From the NCBI GenBank assembly GCA_013360575.1, contig JABWBG010000012.1:1-56336 (forward strand): a DNA stretch of 56,336 nt. The letters are read 5' to 3'. The position numbers were made by a program, and so were the translations under genes. This DNA comes from Caldilineales bacterium. Lineage in GTDB: Bacteria > Chloroflexota > Anaerolineae > J102. The notes beneath the pieces were generated by a model, which saw only the letters and a program-made list of their open reading frames with translations, did no database searches and was not told the DNA's origin. Below are positions 47,674 through 56,336 of the stretch, piece after piece; positions within the stretch are counted from its first letter, which is position 1; every line of letters starts with the position of its first letter.

Positions 47674-49023
47674 ATGCAAAAGTATCACCTGTGGACGATC
47701 GGTTGCCAGATGAACGTGGCCGACTCCACCCACGTCGGGGCCGAGCTAGAAAAGCTGGGCATCGAACCCACCCTCGATATCGACGAAGCCGACATCGTCA
47801 TCCTCAACACCTGCGTGGTGCGCCAAAGCGCCGAAGACAAAGCCCTGGGCAAGCTGGGAGCGCTGAAGCCCTGGCGCACACAGCATCGGCAACGCACCCT
47901 CGCCCTCATGGGCTGCATGGTCGGGGTCAAGCCCTCGCCGCAGTTGGCCGCGGCCTTCCCCTGGGTGGATGTGTTCATGGGCCCCAGCGAAGCGCAGCCC
48001 CTGATCGACCACCTGCGCGAGCGGCTGGTGGATCAGGAGCTGGCCGCCCTGGAACAGCAGCAACTGGCGCAGCGCCACCATCTGCAAGATGAAGCCCTGC
48101 CCAACGCCTCGCTCAAGCACCTTTCATTGGCAGGCGAGACGCCGGTGGCGGCCTTCGTGCCCGTGGTCTACGGCTGCTCCCATGCCTGCACCTTCTGCAT
48201 CATCCCCTTCCGCCGCGGGATCGAGCGCAGCCGGCCCCTGCCAGAGATCGTGGCCGAGGTGCGCGAGTTGGTGGCCCAGGGCGTAAAAGAAGTCACCCTG
48301 CTGGGGCAGATCGTCGACCGCTACGGCTATGATTTCGGCGGCGCCCCCCATCTTGGCGATCTACTGGCCGCCATCCACCCCATCCCCGGCCTGGAGCGCA
48401 TCCGCTTTCTCACCAGCCACCCCAATTACATGAGCGATGCCCTGCTAGAGCAGGTGGCGGCCCTGCCCAAAGTCATGCCTCATATCGAAGTCCCCCTGCA
48501 AGCGGGAGATGATGAAGTGCTGGCGCAGATGAAGCGAGGCTACACCGTGGCCGATTACCGCCGCCTGATTGCCCGCATCCGCAGCATCATCCCCGCGGTT
48601 GCCATCCACACCGACATCATCGTCGGTTTCCCCGGCGAGAGTGCAGCCCACTTCCAGCGCACCTACGACATCCTGGAAGAGCTACAACTAGAAAAAACGC
48701 ATCTCGCCCGCTACAGCCCACGGCCGGGCACGGTCAGCGCCCGCCGCATGGTGGATGATGTGCCCGACGAGGAAAAGCGCGCCCGCCACCAGCAACTGGA
48801 AGCGCAACACGAACGCATCAGCACCGCCTACAACCGCCGCTGGCTGGATCAGGATGTGCAAGTGCTGGTCGAAGATCGTCACAAAGAGAAATGGCGGGGC
48901 CGCACCCCGCAGAACCGCCTGGTCTTCTTTGAGGACGATCGCGATCTACGCGGGCAGTTGGTAGATGTGCGCATCACCTGGGCCGGGCCGTGGAGCATGC
49001 AAGGCCTGGCCCCGGCAGGTTAG
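47674..49023 (+). CDS. miaB: tRNA-2-methylthio-N6-dimethylallyladenosine synthase
   Basis: GGAGG before the ATG at 47674. LWTIGCQMNVADS, NTCVVRQSAEDK, radical-SAM CSHACTFCIIP and a C-terminal TRAM domain. Confidence 0.9.
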   Translation: MQKYHLWTIGCQMNVADSTHVGAELEKLGIEPTLDIDEADIVILNTCVVRQSAEDKALGKLGALKPWRTQHRQRTLALMGCMVGVKPSPQLAAAFPWVDVFMGPSEAQPLIDHLRERLVDQELAALEQQQLAQRHHLQDEALPNASLKHLSLAGETPVAAFVPVVYGCSHACTFCIIPFRRGIERSRPLPEIVAEVRELVAQGVKEVTLLGQIVDRYGYDFGGAPHLGDLLAAIHPIPGLERIRFLTSHPNYMSDALLEQVAALPKVMPHIEVPLQAGDDEVLAQMKRGYTVADYRRLIARIRSIIPAVAIHTDIIVGFPGESAAHFQRTYDILEELQLEKTHLARYSPRPGTVSARRMVDDVPDEEKRARHQQLEAQHERISTAYNRRWLDQDVQVLVEDRHKEKWRGRTPQNRLVFFEDDRDLRGQLVDVRITWAGPWSMQGLAPAG

Positions 49024-49050
49024 AACGTTGGAACGTTCTAACCTGCCGGG
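49011..49050. terminator. Perfect 19-bp palindrome (AACGTT-type) between convergent miaB and the LysM protein gene
   Basis: cccggcaggttagaacgtt-gg-aacgttctaacctgccggg. It overlaps the miaB stop. A related GAACGTTGGAACGTTC motif is at 1865-1888, after infB. Confidence 0.7.
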
Positions 49051-49062
49051 CGGGAAGGGCGA

Positions 49063-50823
49063 TCAGGAAGAGGGGATGGTCAACCGCTGGCCGGGGTAGA
49101 TGCGGTTGACATTCTTGATGTGGTTGATCTTGCGCAGTTCGGCGACGGTAACGCCGTAGCGGGCCGCGATCTGGCTGAGGTACTCGCCGCGACGCACCAC
49201 ATGCACCCTGGCCGCGGTGCTGTCCGTGTCAGTGGTCGTGGTGGTGGTGGTCGTGGTTGTGGTTGTGGTGGTCGTCGTGGTCGTGGTGCTGGTGGTGGTC
49301 GCCGGGCAGGGCGTCTTCAGCACCTGTCCCACATAGATGCGGTTGACATTCTTGATGCCATTCTGCGCGGCCAGCGCCGACACCGTGGTGTGGTATTTGG
49401 CTGCGATGGCGCTGAGCGTGTCCCCGCGCTTGACCACGTAGGTGCAGGTCGAGCTGCCGCCATTGCTGCCGCCTTCCACCGTGGTCACGGTGCGGCATTT
49501 GCGCAGCGCCGCCTCATCGAAATCGAAATCAACCTCCCGCTCCACCGTCGCCCACTTCTTCAGACCCAGCAGGTAGATCATCAGATCCGAGCTGGGGGCG
49601 GTGAAGGTCATGCGATAGGGGCTGTAGGCGCCGGGCGCGGTGCGAGAGAAGATGCCGGAGACTGCTGCGCCGTACCGGGCATCGAGATCGGCCACCGCGG
49701 CCACAGGTTTGACGCCTGCCTCGTACCCCCAATGCACTTCGTAGCGATTCGGGTCTTCATCGCTGTAATCGCCGGCCTCACGGATCATGCTCTGGAAGCT
49801 GATCTCGTAGGTGGCGCCCTTGCTCAGGTTGCGCACGCCCTGATAGATGCCGATGAAGCGATCCGGATCGCTGAGTGTGCGGCCATAGGTGTTGATCTCC
49901 AACAATTGGGCGTGCTTGCCCGCGGCTACCACAGCCGGCCAGGTGTCGTCATAGAAGCCAAAGGCCGCGGCGCCGCCATTCTGCAAGGGCCCCCAGCTCT
50001 TGCCGGTGCCATCCGCATCGAAGCCAGACTCGAAGCCACCATTTTTGAGCAGATTGGGGCCATCGCACACCAGTCTGGTCACCGTCTTGGGCGCGGGCGC
50101 GGGCGCGGCGCCGGTGGAGGGTGCGGGTGTAGTAGGGGTGGGCGCGGGCGCGGCCGGGGCCACACCCTTCAGGGAGACGCCGTCGATATTGAAATCGACC
50201 TCCCGATTCCAATCGCCCCACTTCATCCGCCCGGCGATGAACACTGTCAGTTTGTTGCCGGTGGCCTTGACCGGCACGCTGACCGTGTGATAGCCGCTCG
50301 GGTTGAGGCGATCCTGGATGGGGCCGGCGTTGACTTCCTGCCACACGGCATCAGCCCATTTCTGGCCGCCGCTGTGGTCGAAGCCGACCAGCATCACGTA
50401 GCGCCAGGGATCGCCGCCCGCGGCCAGGTCATCGGCCCGGATCATGGCCTTGAAAGCCAGTTGATAGGTCTGGCCCTTGACCACATTCAGGGTCTGATAG
50501 ATGCCGGCGGTGCGGTTCTGATCACCGAACTGGCCGCGCGTGTTGATCTCGATCATCTGGGCGTGGCTGCCCTCGGCGATGGCGCGGCCCCAGCCCTCGT
50601 CATAGAAGCCGTAGGCGGCGCGGCCGCCGCTGGTGAAGCAGTTCCAGTCATTGCCCACCATGCCACAGCCGCCGCGGGCGCTGAAGCCGGACTCGAACCC
50701 GCCGTTGCGCAGCAATTCACCGGTCGTGGTTCCGCCGGCCAGGGTCGTCCAAGCGGCCACGCTCAGCATCAACGCCAGCGCCACGGTAAGAGCCAGCCAT
50801 GCCGATTGTTTCGATATTTTCAC
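49063..50823 (-). CDS. Secreted protein with two CBM-like jelly-roll domains and two C-terminal LysM domains joined by a poly-Thr linker
   Basis: GTG at 50823 after AGGAGGA. Signal/TM segment [21 protein letters not shown]. Duplicated LL(R/K)NGGFESGF modules. LysM: [16 protein letters not shown] and [17 protein letters not shown]. The linker has about 27 Thr. Confidence 0.85.
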   Translation of the reverse strand: MKISKQSAWLALTVALALMLSVAAWTTLAGGTTTGELLRNGGFESGFSARGGCGMVGNDWNCFTSGGRAAYGFYDEGWGRAIAEGSHAQMIEINTRGQFGDQNRTAGIYQTLNVVKGQTYQLAFKAMIRADDLAAGGDPWRYVMLVGFDHSGGQKWADAVWQEVNAGPIQDRLNPSGYHTVSVPVKATGNKLTVFIAGRMKWGDWNREVDFNIDGVSLKGVAPAAPAPTPTTPAPSTGAAPAPAPKTVTRLVCDGPNLLKNGGFESGFDADGTGKSWGPLQNGGAAAFGFYDDTWPAVVAAGKHAQLLEINTYGRTLSDPDRFIGIYQGVRNLSKGATYEISFQSMIREAGDYSDEDPNRYEVHWGYEAGVKPVAAVADLDARYGAAVSGIFSRTAPGAYSPYRMTFTAPSSDLMIYLLGLKKWATVEREVDFDFDEAALRKCRTVTTVEGGSNGGSSTCTYVVKRGDTLSAIAAKYHTTVSALAAQNGIKNVNRIYVGQVLKTPCPATTTSTTTTTTTTTTTTTTTTTTTDTDSTAARVHVVRRGEYLSQIAARYGVTVAELRKINHIKNVNRIYPGQRLTIPSS

Positions 50824-51091
50824 TGCATTCCTCCTGGATGAAAAGAGCGAAAGCAGGTAGGCTTCCGCGAAAACGCGGCCTTAACAATGACTTGGCCGCA
50901 ATGGGAGGTTCTTCTCAATAACGCCATTTTAGCAAGGTCTGATCGCTATGTCAAGTAGTCTGGGGCAGGGAAATGCCAGGCGACCCGCGTTACCGGTGAT
51001 GACGCCGGGCGTCGCGTCGGGATACGCCGTTTTCTTTGCTCCCCGCCGGTTCAGGACGGGTCATCCATCGTCCTTTCAAGGTGATTCGGGT

Positions 51092-52333
51092 TTAGAAAGC
51101 AAGCAGCGACCGGTACAGCGCCAGGGTCTGAGCGGCAATGCGATCCCAGGAGAATTGGCTGCGGGCCAGCACCCGCGCGTGCGTGGCTCGCTGCCGCGCG
51201 GCCGGCGGGTCGGCCAGGGTGGCGATAATGGCCTGCGCCAGGGCGTCGGCGCTCTCTGCGGCTGTGCACAGGCCGGTGTGGCCGTGGTTCACCACTTCGC
51301 GCAAGCCGCCCACATCGGCCACAATCACCGGCGCGCCCGCGGCCATCGCCTCCAGAGCCACGATGCCAAATGGCTCGTAACGGCTGGGGAAAACCGCGGC
51401 ATCGGCCAGCGCGTATAGTTCATCCCGCAGTTCATCGCTGATGAAACCGACCAACCGCACCCGCTCCTGCAATCCCAGGCCGCGGATCTGCTCTTGTAAG
51501 TGATCATGTAGCGGGCCTCTGCCGGCGAGGATGGCGCTGGCGTCAGGAAAGGCGGCGATCACCCTGGCCATGGCGCTGACGAGCAGATCGGGGCCTTTGG
51601 GCCACACCAGCCGACCTACAAAAAAGATCAGGGGGCCGGCCGCGGGCAAGTGGAAGCGCCGGCGCAGGGCTGCCTCGTCTGGCTGCTGCAGCAGTGGTTT
51701 GCTCTCCACCCCATTGGGGATCACCGTGATCTTGCTCTCTGCCACGCCCAACACGCTGGCGATCTCTTCGCGCATGAACAGGCTGCACGCGATCACCTGA
51801 TCCGAGGCGCGGGCGAGATGCCGCTCCGCCTCGTGGATGCCCTGGCTGATGCCGCTGGCCTGCGTCCGGCCCTGCACGCGGCCATGCTCGGTGGCGTGGA
51901 TCGTGGTGGCCAGGGGGATGTGATAGCGCTGATGCAGGTCGTTGGCGACGAAGCCGGTCAGCCAGTCGTGGGCGTGCATGAGGTCGTAGGCCGCGCCGGC
52001 CTCGATCAGCGTGGTCGCCTGGGCGTTGAGCTGGTCGTTCATTTCCCACACCCGCTGCACATAGCCCTCTCCCCCCTCCGGCTCGCTGACGCCAACGCTG
52101 TACACCTGCCCGTAGCGGCCCATGCTGTGCTGCTGCACGCTGTGCAGGGCTTCGCTGCCGTCGTACCAGGGCACGATCAGGTCGAGATAGAGATGATCGG
52201 CCAGCCGCGGGGCCAACGCGCAGACGTGGGCGCCCAACCCCCCCACGCGCTGCATCTCATATTCGGGCGAGAGCATCAGCACCCGCAGGGGCCAGCCCGT
52301 GACCGGGTGTGTCAGGGGAGAGGTTGACAACAT
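51092..52333 (-). CDS. GT4-family (GT-B) glycosyltransferase
   Basis: RVLMLSPEYEMQRVGGLGAHV N-terminus. C-terminal PSRYEPFGIVALEAMAAGAPVIVADVGGLREVV (E-x7-E region). Confidence 0.85.
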   Translation of the reverse strand: MLSTSPLTHPVTGWPLRVLMLSPEYEMQRVGGLGAHVCALAPRLADHLYLDLIVPWYDGSEALHSVQQHSMGRYGQVYSVGVSEPEGGEGYVQRVWEMNDQLNAQATTLIEAGAAYDLMHAHDWLTGFVANDLHQRYHIPLATTIHATEHGRVQGRTQASGISQGIHEAERHLARASDQVIACSLFMREEIASVLGVAESKITVIPNGVESKPLLQQPDEAALRRRFHLPAAGPLIFFVGRLVWPKGPDLLVSAMARVIAAFPDASAILAGRGPLHDHLQEQIRGLGLQERVRLVGFISDELRDELYALADAAVFPSRYEPFGIVALEAMAAGAPVIVADVGGLREVVNHGHTGLCTAAESADALAQAIIATLADPPAARQRATHARVLARSQFSWDRIAAQTLALYRSLLAF

Positions 52334-53292
52334 GCGTCCGCGCTCCTGAGGTAGCGATGGAAGGGGGGGAGGGGCAACTCAGCCAAAGCGAGGCCCAGGG
52401 CGGCGCGTTCCTGGTTTTGGGCCAGCAGTGGCAGCGCCGCATCCACGGCAGCAAAGGCCAGGCCGGCCATGGGCGTGGGGGGTTCGCCGGCGGCCGCGGT
52501 GTAGGCGGCGATAAAATCCGCGGGCAGCGCGGCGGGGGCAGCCGCGGCCCAGATCAGGCCCCCTTCAGGCAGGGGCGCCCAGGCTACCAGCGCCGGCTCT
52601 GCCGCCACACTGCCCGCAGCCGCGGCCAGTTCCGGCCGCGTGATCAGCAACTCGGCCAGGGTCAACGGATCCCCCACCCAGATGCTGGGCGTGGCCAGAG
52701 GCAGTTGCCAGGCCACAGCCGCGGCGCCCGCCACATCAGCCAACGCCGCGGCCAGCCTGCTATCATCGCCGGCAAAGGGGATGACCGCAGCCGGCGCGGG
52801 CGGGCCTGTGTGCTCGTCCTCACCTGGCAGGGGGGCAAGCGCCAGGGTGGGCAATCCCCATGCAGCCAGTGGCCCCAGGGCAGCGCGGGCGGTGTGGCCC
52901 TGGGGCGGGCCCAACACCAGCAGAACCGCAGGATCGAGCGCCAGTTGCGCGGGCAATCGCGCGGCCAACTCCGGGTCGCCGTCATCGTTGAGGGCGATGA
53001 TCTCGATCTTGGGCGCGGGCATGCTAGCGTTCCAGGCCTGCACACGCAGCCGCACCGCGTGCAGGATGCTGTATCCCAGGGGCCGGGAGGGGCCTTCGAA
53101 GGGGGCGATGATGGCGATCTTGAACACCGGCGGCGTGGCGCGAGGCGCACATGCCGTCAGGATCAGGGCCACAGACAGCAGCCACAGCGCCGTCCGTGTA
53201 GGCGCGCCCCTGTGTGGGTGCGCCGCCCATCGCAGGGCCGCGGGCAAAAATGGGGAGGTGGGCGACGACGATAGCGCCGATTCCGGCTGCAT
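52312..53292 (-). CDS. Putative lipoprotein with a type-1 periplasmic-binding-protein-like domain
   Basis: Lipobox-like LILTAC, then VFKIAIIAPFEGPSRPLGYSILHAV (LivJ-like start). Overlaps the GT4 gene by 22 nt. The protein is Ala/Pro-rich and the call is weak. Confidence 0.45.
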   Translation of the reverse strand: MQPESALSSSPTSPFLPAALRWAAHPHRGAPTRTALWLLSVALILTACAPRATPPVFKIAIIAPFEGPSRPLGYSILHAVRLRVQAWNASMPAPKIEIIALNDDGDPELAARLPAQLALDPAVLLVLGPPQGHTARAALGPLAAWGLPTLALAPLPGEDEHTGPPAPAAVIPFAGDDSRLAAALADVAGAAAVAWQLPLATPSIWVGDPLTLAELLITRPELAAAAGSVAAEPALVAWAPLPEGGLIWAAAAPAALPADFIAAYTAAAGEPPTPMAGLAFAAVDAALPLLAQNQERAALGLALAELPLPPFHRYLRSADACCQPLP

Positions 53293-53315
53293 GGCAGGTA
53301 GAAGATGTTAACGGG

Positions 53316-54530
53316 TCAACGTTGGTACGTCTCCACGTTGAACTGGTGCTCCGCTCCGGTGACCGCGAAGACGTGGGCGCCGCCGCTGCTGGCCACAAAG
53401 TAACAATATTGCGTCTCGGCAGGATTGGCTACCGCCTGGATCGAGGCCAGGCCGGGGCTGGCAATGGGGCCGGGGGGCAGGCCGGGATAGAGATAGGTGT
53501 TGTAGGGAGAATTGAAGGCCAGATACTCTTCCACCGTGGCCACAGTCGGCCACCAGGTGTCTTGATCAGGGTTGTAGCCCATGGCGTACTGGGCGGTGGG
53601 ATCCGCGCCCAGGTAGCCGAAGACTTCGTTGGCGCAGATCTCGCCCAAGCGGTTGCGGTAGGTGGAGGCAATCAGGGGGCGCTCATCGGCCAGCACCGCT
53701 TCCCGCTCCACAATCGAGGCCAGCGTCAGGGCCTGATGGAAGCTGAGGCCGCCGGCAGTGATGCTCTGCCGCACTTCGGGAGTCACGCGCAGTTCCAGGG
53801 TCTCGAACATCAGGCGCAGGATGGTGGCAGGCGCGGCGTTGAGGGGGAAGCGATAGGTATCGGGGAAAAGATAGCCCTCGAAGGAGAGGGCGGGGGGTTT
53901 GCTGGCCAGCAGGGGATACTCCTCCAGGCCCAGCAGGGCAAGGTCGCCGGTGCGCACTGCGGCCAGGAAGTCGGCGGCAGCGACGATGCCATTTTCTTGC
54001 AGCAGCAGGGCGATCTCCTCGGCCCGGCGGCCTTCGAGGATGCGCACCAGCACATCTTCGGCGCGGGCGCTTTGCAGGGTCTCCAGGATATCGACCGCAC
54101 TCATGGCCGGGGAGAGTTGGAAATCGCCTGCCTCCAGCCGTTGGTCGATGCCGGTGACGCGCATGTACAGCCGCAGCAGGCCGGCGTCGCGGATCAGGCC
54201 CAGGTCTTGCAGCCGTTCGGAGATGTCGAACCCTGTTTCGCCCAGAGAGACGCGGAAGGGGATCGGTTCGCCCGCGGGGTCGAGCGGGGTGTGGAGGGCG
54301 TCGCGGTTGAGATTGAGATAGAACTGTAAGAGCTGGGTTTCCAGGGTGTCGGGGTTGAGGTTGCGCCAGGCCGCGTCGACGTTGCGCACGAGGCCGCTGC
54401 CCGCGCCTTCCTTTTGATACGCCGTCTGCTGCGCCCGCGTCCATTCCCGGGCCAGCAGCGCCGCGCCGGCCACCGCCGCCAGGGTGAGGAGGAAGATGAG
54501 GAAACGGGGAAACGCGCGGAGGAGGGGCAT
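53316..54530 (-). CDS. mltG: Endolytic murein transglycosylase (YceG/MltG)
   Basis: ATG at 54530. N-terminal TM segment. EGYLFPDTYRF, ASIVEREA and YNTYLYPGLPPGPIASPG. Confidence 0.9.
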   Translation of the reverse strand: MPLLRAFPRFLIFLLTLAAVAGAALLAREWTRAQQTAYQKEGAGSGLVRNVDAAWRNLNPDTLETQLLQFYLNLNRDALHTPLDPAGEPIPFRVSLGETGFDISERLQDLGLIRDAGLLRLYMRVTGIDQRLEAGDFQLSPAMSAVDILETLQSARAEDVLVRILEGRRAEEIALLLQENGIVAAADFLAAVRTGDLALLGLEEYPLLASKPPALSFEGYLFPDTYRFPLNAAPATILRLMFETLELRVTPEVRQSITAGGLSFHQALTLASIVEREAVLADERPLIASTYRNRLGEICANEVFGYLGADPTAQYAMGYNPDQDTWWPTVATVEEYLAFNSPYNTYLYPGLPPGPIASPGLASIQAVANPAETQYCYFVASSGGAHVFAVTGAEHQFNVETYQR

Positions 54531-54565
54531 GGGCGTAAAACGTGGTGCGTGGTGCGTGGGGGGGG

Positions 54566-54679
54566 GGTAGGTTGGTAGATTGGTAGATTGGTGGGTTTTC
54601 GTGTTTTTTGGCGATCCCCACCAATCTACCAATCTACCAATTTACCAATTTACCAATCTACCAATTTACCAACCTACCA
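54566..54679. repeat. TAGATTGG/CTACCAAT hairpin element with conserved core, right arm overlapping the ruvX 3' end
   Basis: ggtaggttggtagattggtagattggtggg - ttttcgtgttttttggcgatcc - ccaccaatctaccaatctaccaatttaccaat... The reverse complement of the core (ggggatcgccaaaaaacacgaaaac) matches the cores at 25650-25677 and 34803-34830. Confidence 0.9.
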
Positions 54680-55065
54680 AAAAAGTTCTGTAAAATGGCG
54701 GCGGCGGCGATGTCGTCGTTGTGGCGGCGACGGCGGCCGGTTTCGGCCAGGATCTGGTCGGCCTCGAAGCTGCTCAGGCGCTCGTCCCACAGGGTGAGGG
54801 GCAGGCCCAGGACGCGGCGGAGTTGCTCCGCGAACTTGCGCACCCGCTTCGCCTGCAAGCCTTCGCTGCCATCCATGTTCAGGGGCAGGCCCACCAGCAA
54901 GTGCTCGGCCCCGCAGCCCGCAGCCTGCCGCGCCAACGCCTCGAAATCCGCGCGCTTGCTGCTGCGGGTGAGGATGCCCAGGGGCCGCGCCAGCCGGGCG
55001 TCATCGGCGCCGGCAGCCAGGCCAATGCGGCGATCGCCAACATCGAGGGCAAGATAAATGGTCAT
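54658..55065 (-). CDS. ruvX: Holliday junction resolvase-like nuclease RuvX (YqgF)
   Basis: MTIYLALDVGDRRIGLA.., LLVGLPLNMDGSEG and WDERLSS. The ORF-track start at 55071 is a TTG; the ATG at 55065 is preferred. Confidence 0.88.
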   Translation of the reverse strand: MTIYLALDVGDRRIGLAAGADDARLARPLGILTRSSKRADFEALARQAAGCGAEHLLVGLPLNMDGSEGLQAKRVRKFAEQLRRVLGLPLTLWDERLSSFEADQILAETGRRRRHNDDIAAAAILQNFFGRLVNW

Positions 55066-55101
55066 CGGCAAAAACAGTGTACCCCAAGCCGGAGGCGTGG
55101 G

Positions 55102-56336
55102 TTACAACGGGCCCTCCAGCACCCGCACGCGGATGCGCGTGGGAATCCAGGGGATGCGGCCCAGCCAGTCCGGCGCCAGGGTGATCTGAGGGGGCGCGGC
55201 CAGGGCCAGGGAGCGTTGCAACAGAGGCCCTGCCTCCACCAGAGGCGCGCCGGCCAACAAGCTGCGCACCTGGGCAGTCGAGATCGGTACCAGGGCCTCC
55301 GCGCTGGCGGTGAGGGTGAAAGAGAGAGACTCGTTGCCAAAGCGGGTGTAGGCCGGCTCGCCCACGCGCAGGCTCTGATCCAGCAAAAAATGCCCCTCAG
55401 GCACACCCTCGCGCAAAGAACGACGGGCCAGCATCTCCGCCGCGGTCACATCCACGGCCAGGCCGCGGGCCAATAATTGCAGTTGTAAGCCCAGCACATC
55501 CGACACCTCGCCATTGAAACGGTCGTAAGTCTCGGCCAGGGTGAAGGTGCGCACCGTTTCCACAGGCACCGCCTCGCCCTGACGCAGGCTTTCCGCCAGC
55601 CGGGCATAGGCCTGCTGCTGCAATTCCGCCTGCAACTGCCCCAGCACCCGTTCCTTGTCCGCCTGCGTCACCACCGCCACACTTTCCACCGAGCCGCCGC
55701 TGGCCGGGGCCGGGTTGCTCACGCGCAGGCTGATGTTCAGGGGGCCTTCGATCTCGTTGATCGTCAGCGCCGGCACATTCCCCTGCCTGCCCGGCTCCAC
55801 CGCTTCCACCAGCACCCGCGCCTGCTGGCCCACGCCCGCCGGCACTGTCATCTCCTCCTGCACCCGAAACCGCACATTGTTGCCCGTGGTCGTGCGCACC
55901 ACCGTCGTTGTCGGCACCAGGATCTCGCGGTTGGTTTGGTTGATCAGGGTGACGTTGGTCGTGGCCTTGCCCAGGGGCGCGTTCTCCACCCCGGTGGTCA
56001 GCACGGTGGCAAAGCCATCCACCTGCGCCTGCACGGCCCGCGCTGGCGTCAGGCGATTGAGATAATCGGCAGCATCGATGCCCACACGCGCGGTCACATC
56101 GATGGAGCTGACAAGCCGGGTGCGGGCCGGGATCAGGGTGACGGTGGCTTGCGGCAGCAGCAGCAGGGCCACGCCCGCCAGCCCGGCAGCGACCAGGGCC
56201 ACCAAGAGCAGGTAGCCCAGCGCCGTCACCCACCCGCGCGGGCGCGTCCGCCGCGTGCGCCCGGCCAACAGGGTCCGCCCCGGCAGGGTGACGATCTCCG
56301 GGGCCCGCAGTCCCAATCCCACCACCCGCGGAGGAG
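55102..56336 (-). CDS. Membrane-anchored protein with a baseplate-J-like segment; 5' end may lie beyond the window
   Basis: TM segment LLLVALVAAGLAGVALLLL. VEAVEPGRQGNVPALTINEIEG resembles the GxxGNV motif of the baseplate J/gp47 family. The frame stays open to base 56336; the nearest in-window start is a GTG at 56325. Confidence 0.45.
   Translation of the reverse strand, partial: PPRVVGLGLRAPEIVTLPGRTLLAGRTRRTRPRGWVTALGYLLLVALVAAGLAGVALLLLPQATVTLIPARTRLVSSIDVTARVGIDAADYLNRLTPARAVQAQVDGFATVLTTGVENAPLGKATTNVTLINQTNREILVPTTTVVRTTTGNNVRFRVQEEMTVPAGVGQQARVLVEAVEPGRQGNVPALTINEIEGPLNISLRVSNPAPASGGSVESVAVVTQADKERVLGQLQAELQQQAYARLAESLRQGEAVPVETVRTFTLAETYDRFNGEVSDVLGLQLQLLARGLAVDVTAAEMLARRSLREGVPEGHFLLDQSLRVGEPAYTRFGNESLSFTLTASAEALVPISTAQVRSLLAGAPLVEAGPLLQRSLALAAPPQITLAPDWLGRIPWIPTRIRVRVLEGPL

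Noticed and set aside
49063-56336. Prophage or lysis-cassette remnant, suggested by LysM, MltG, baseplate-J-like and (at 13.6 kb) amidase domains.
   Set aside because: There are no integrase, terminase, capsid, tail, holin or att-like features. mltG-ruvX is a conserved housekeeping pair, and the genes are interleaved with core functions.

Overview
56.3-kb, GC-rich (roughly 65%) chromosomal segment with dense coding on both strands and no rRNA, tRNA, CRISPR array, transposase or integrase that I could see. Gene content suggests a Chloroflexota-like organism (Uma2 nucleases, an F420/DDN-type enzyme, multi-GAF kinases, giant LysM/amidase wall proteins), but this is a low-confidence guess.

The backbone is housekeeping:
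- Translation, replication and repair: infB-rbfA-nrnA-truB-ribF, a thyX pair, ctaB, folD, aspS, scpA, uvrA, miaB.
- Cell-wall and associated genes: mltG-ruvX.

Features that stand out:
1. A LacI-headed inositol/hexuronate catabolic island (about 18.8-32.3 kb). It resembles the Thermotoga-type inositol pathway (Zn-ADH, Gfo/Idh/MocA dehydrogenases, creatininase-fold hydrolase, TIM-barrel epimerase, UxaE-like epimerase). It also carries a LarA-family (nickel-pincer) epimerase translationally coupled to a gluconokinase-like FGGY kinase. No mannonate dehydratase or KDG kinase/aldolase is present in the window. This suggests an undescribed exit route via gluconate-6-P.
2. The island is interrupted by a 722-bp tandem duplication carrying two mosaic Uma2 (DUF820) nuclease genes on the opposite strand.
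3. A 1,401-aa multidomain wall enzyme. It has a GH-A-like TIM barrel, an Ig-like module, two degenerate and one intact Amidase_2 domain separated by long coiled coils, and a CWB2-like tail.
4. A coupled pair of complementary half-degenerate ThyX paralogs.
5. A RibF-archease fusion.
6. A promoter-to-terminator defined, rod-shaped, 6S-like ncRNA candidate upstream of folD.
7. Several families of intergenic hairpin elements whose arms are short tandem repeats (TTGG, CTACCAAT, CAGTATT, GACGATG, AATGATT, ACGCAAAG, AACGTT). Some have conserved loop cores and some abut start codons.

All functional calls come from motif recognition by eye. No database search was run.
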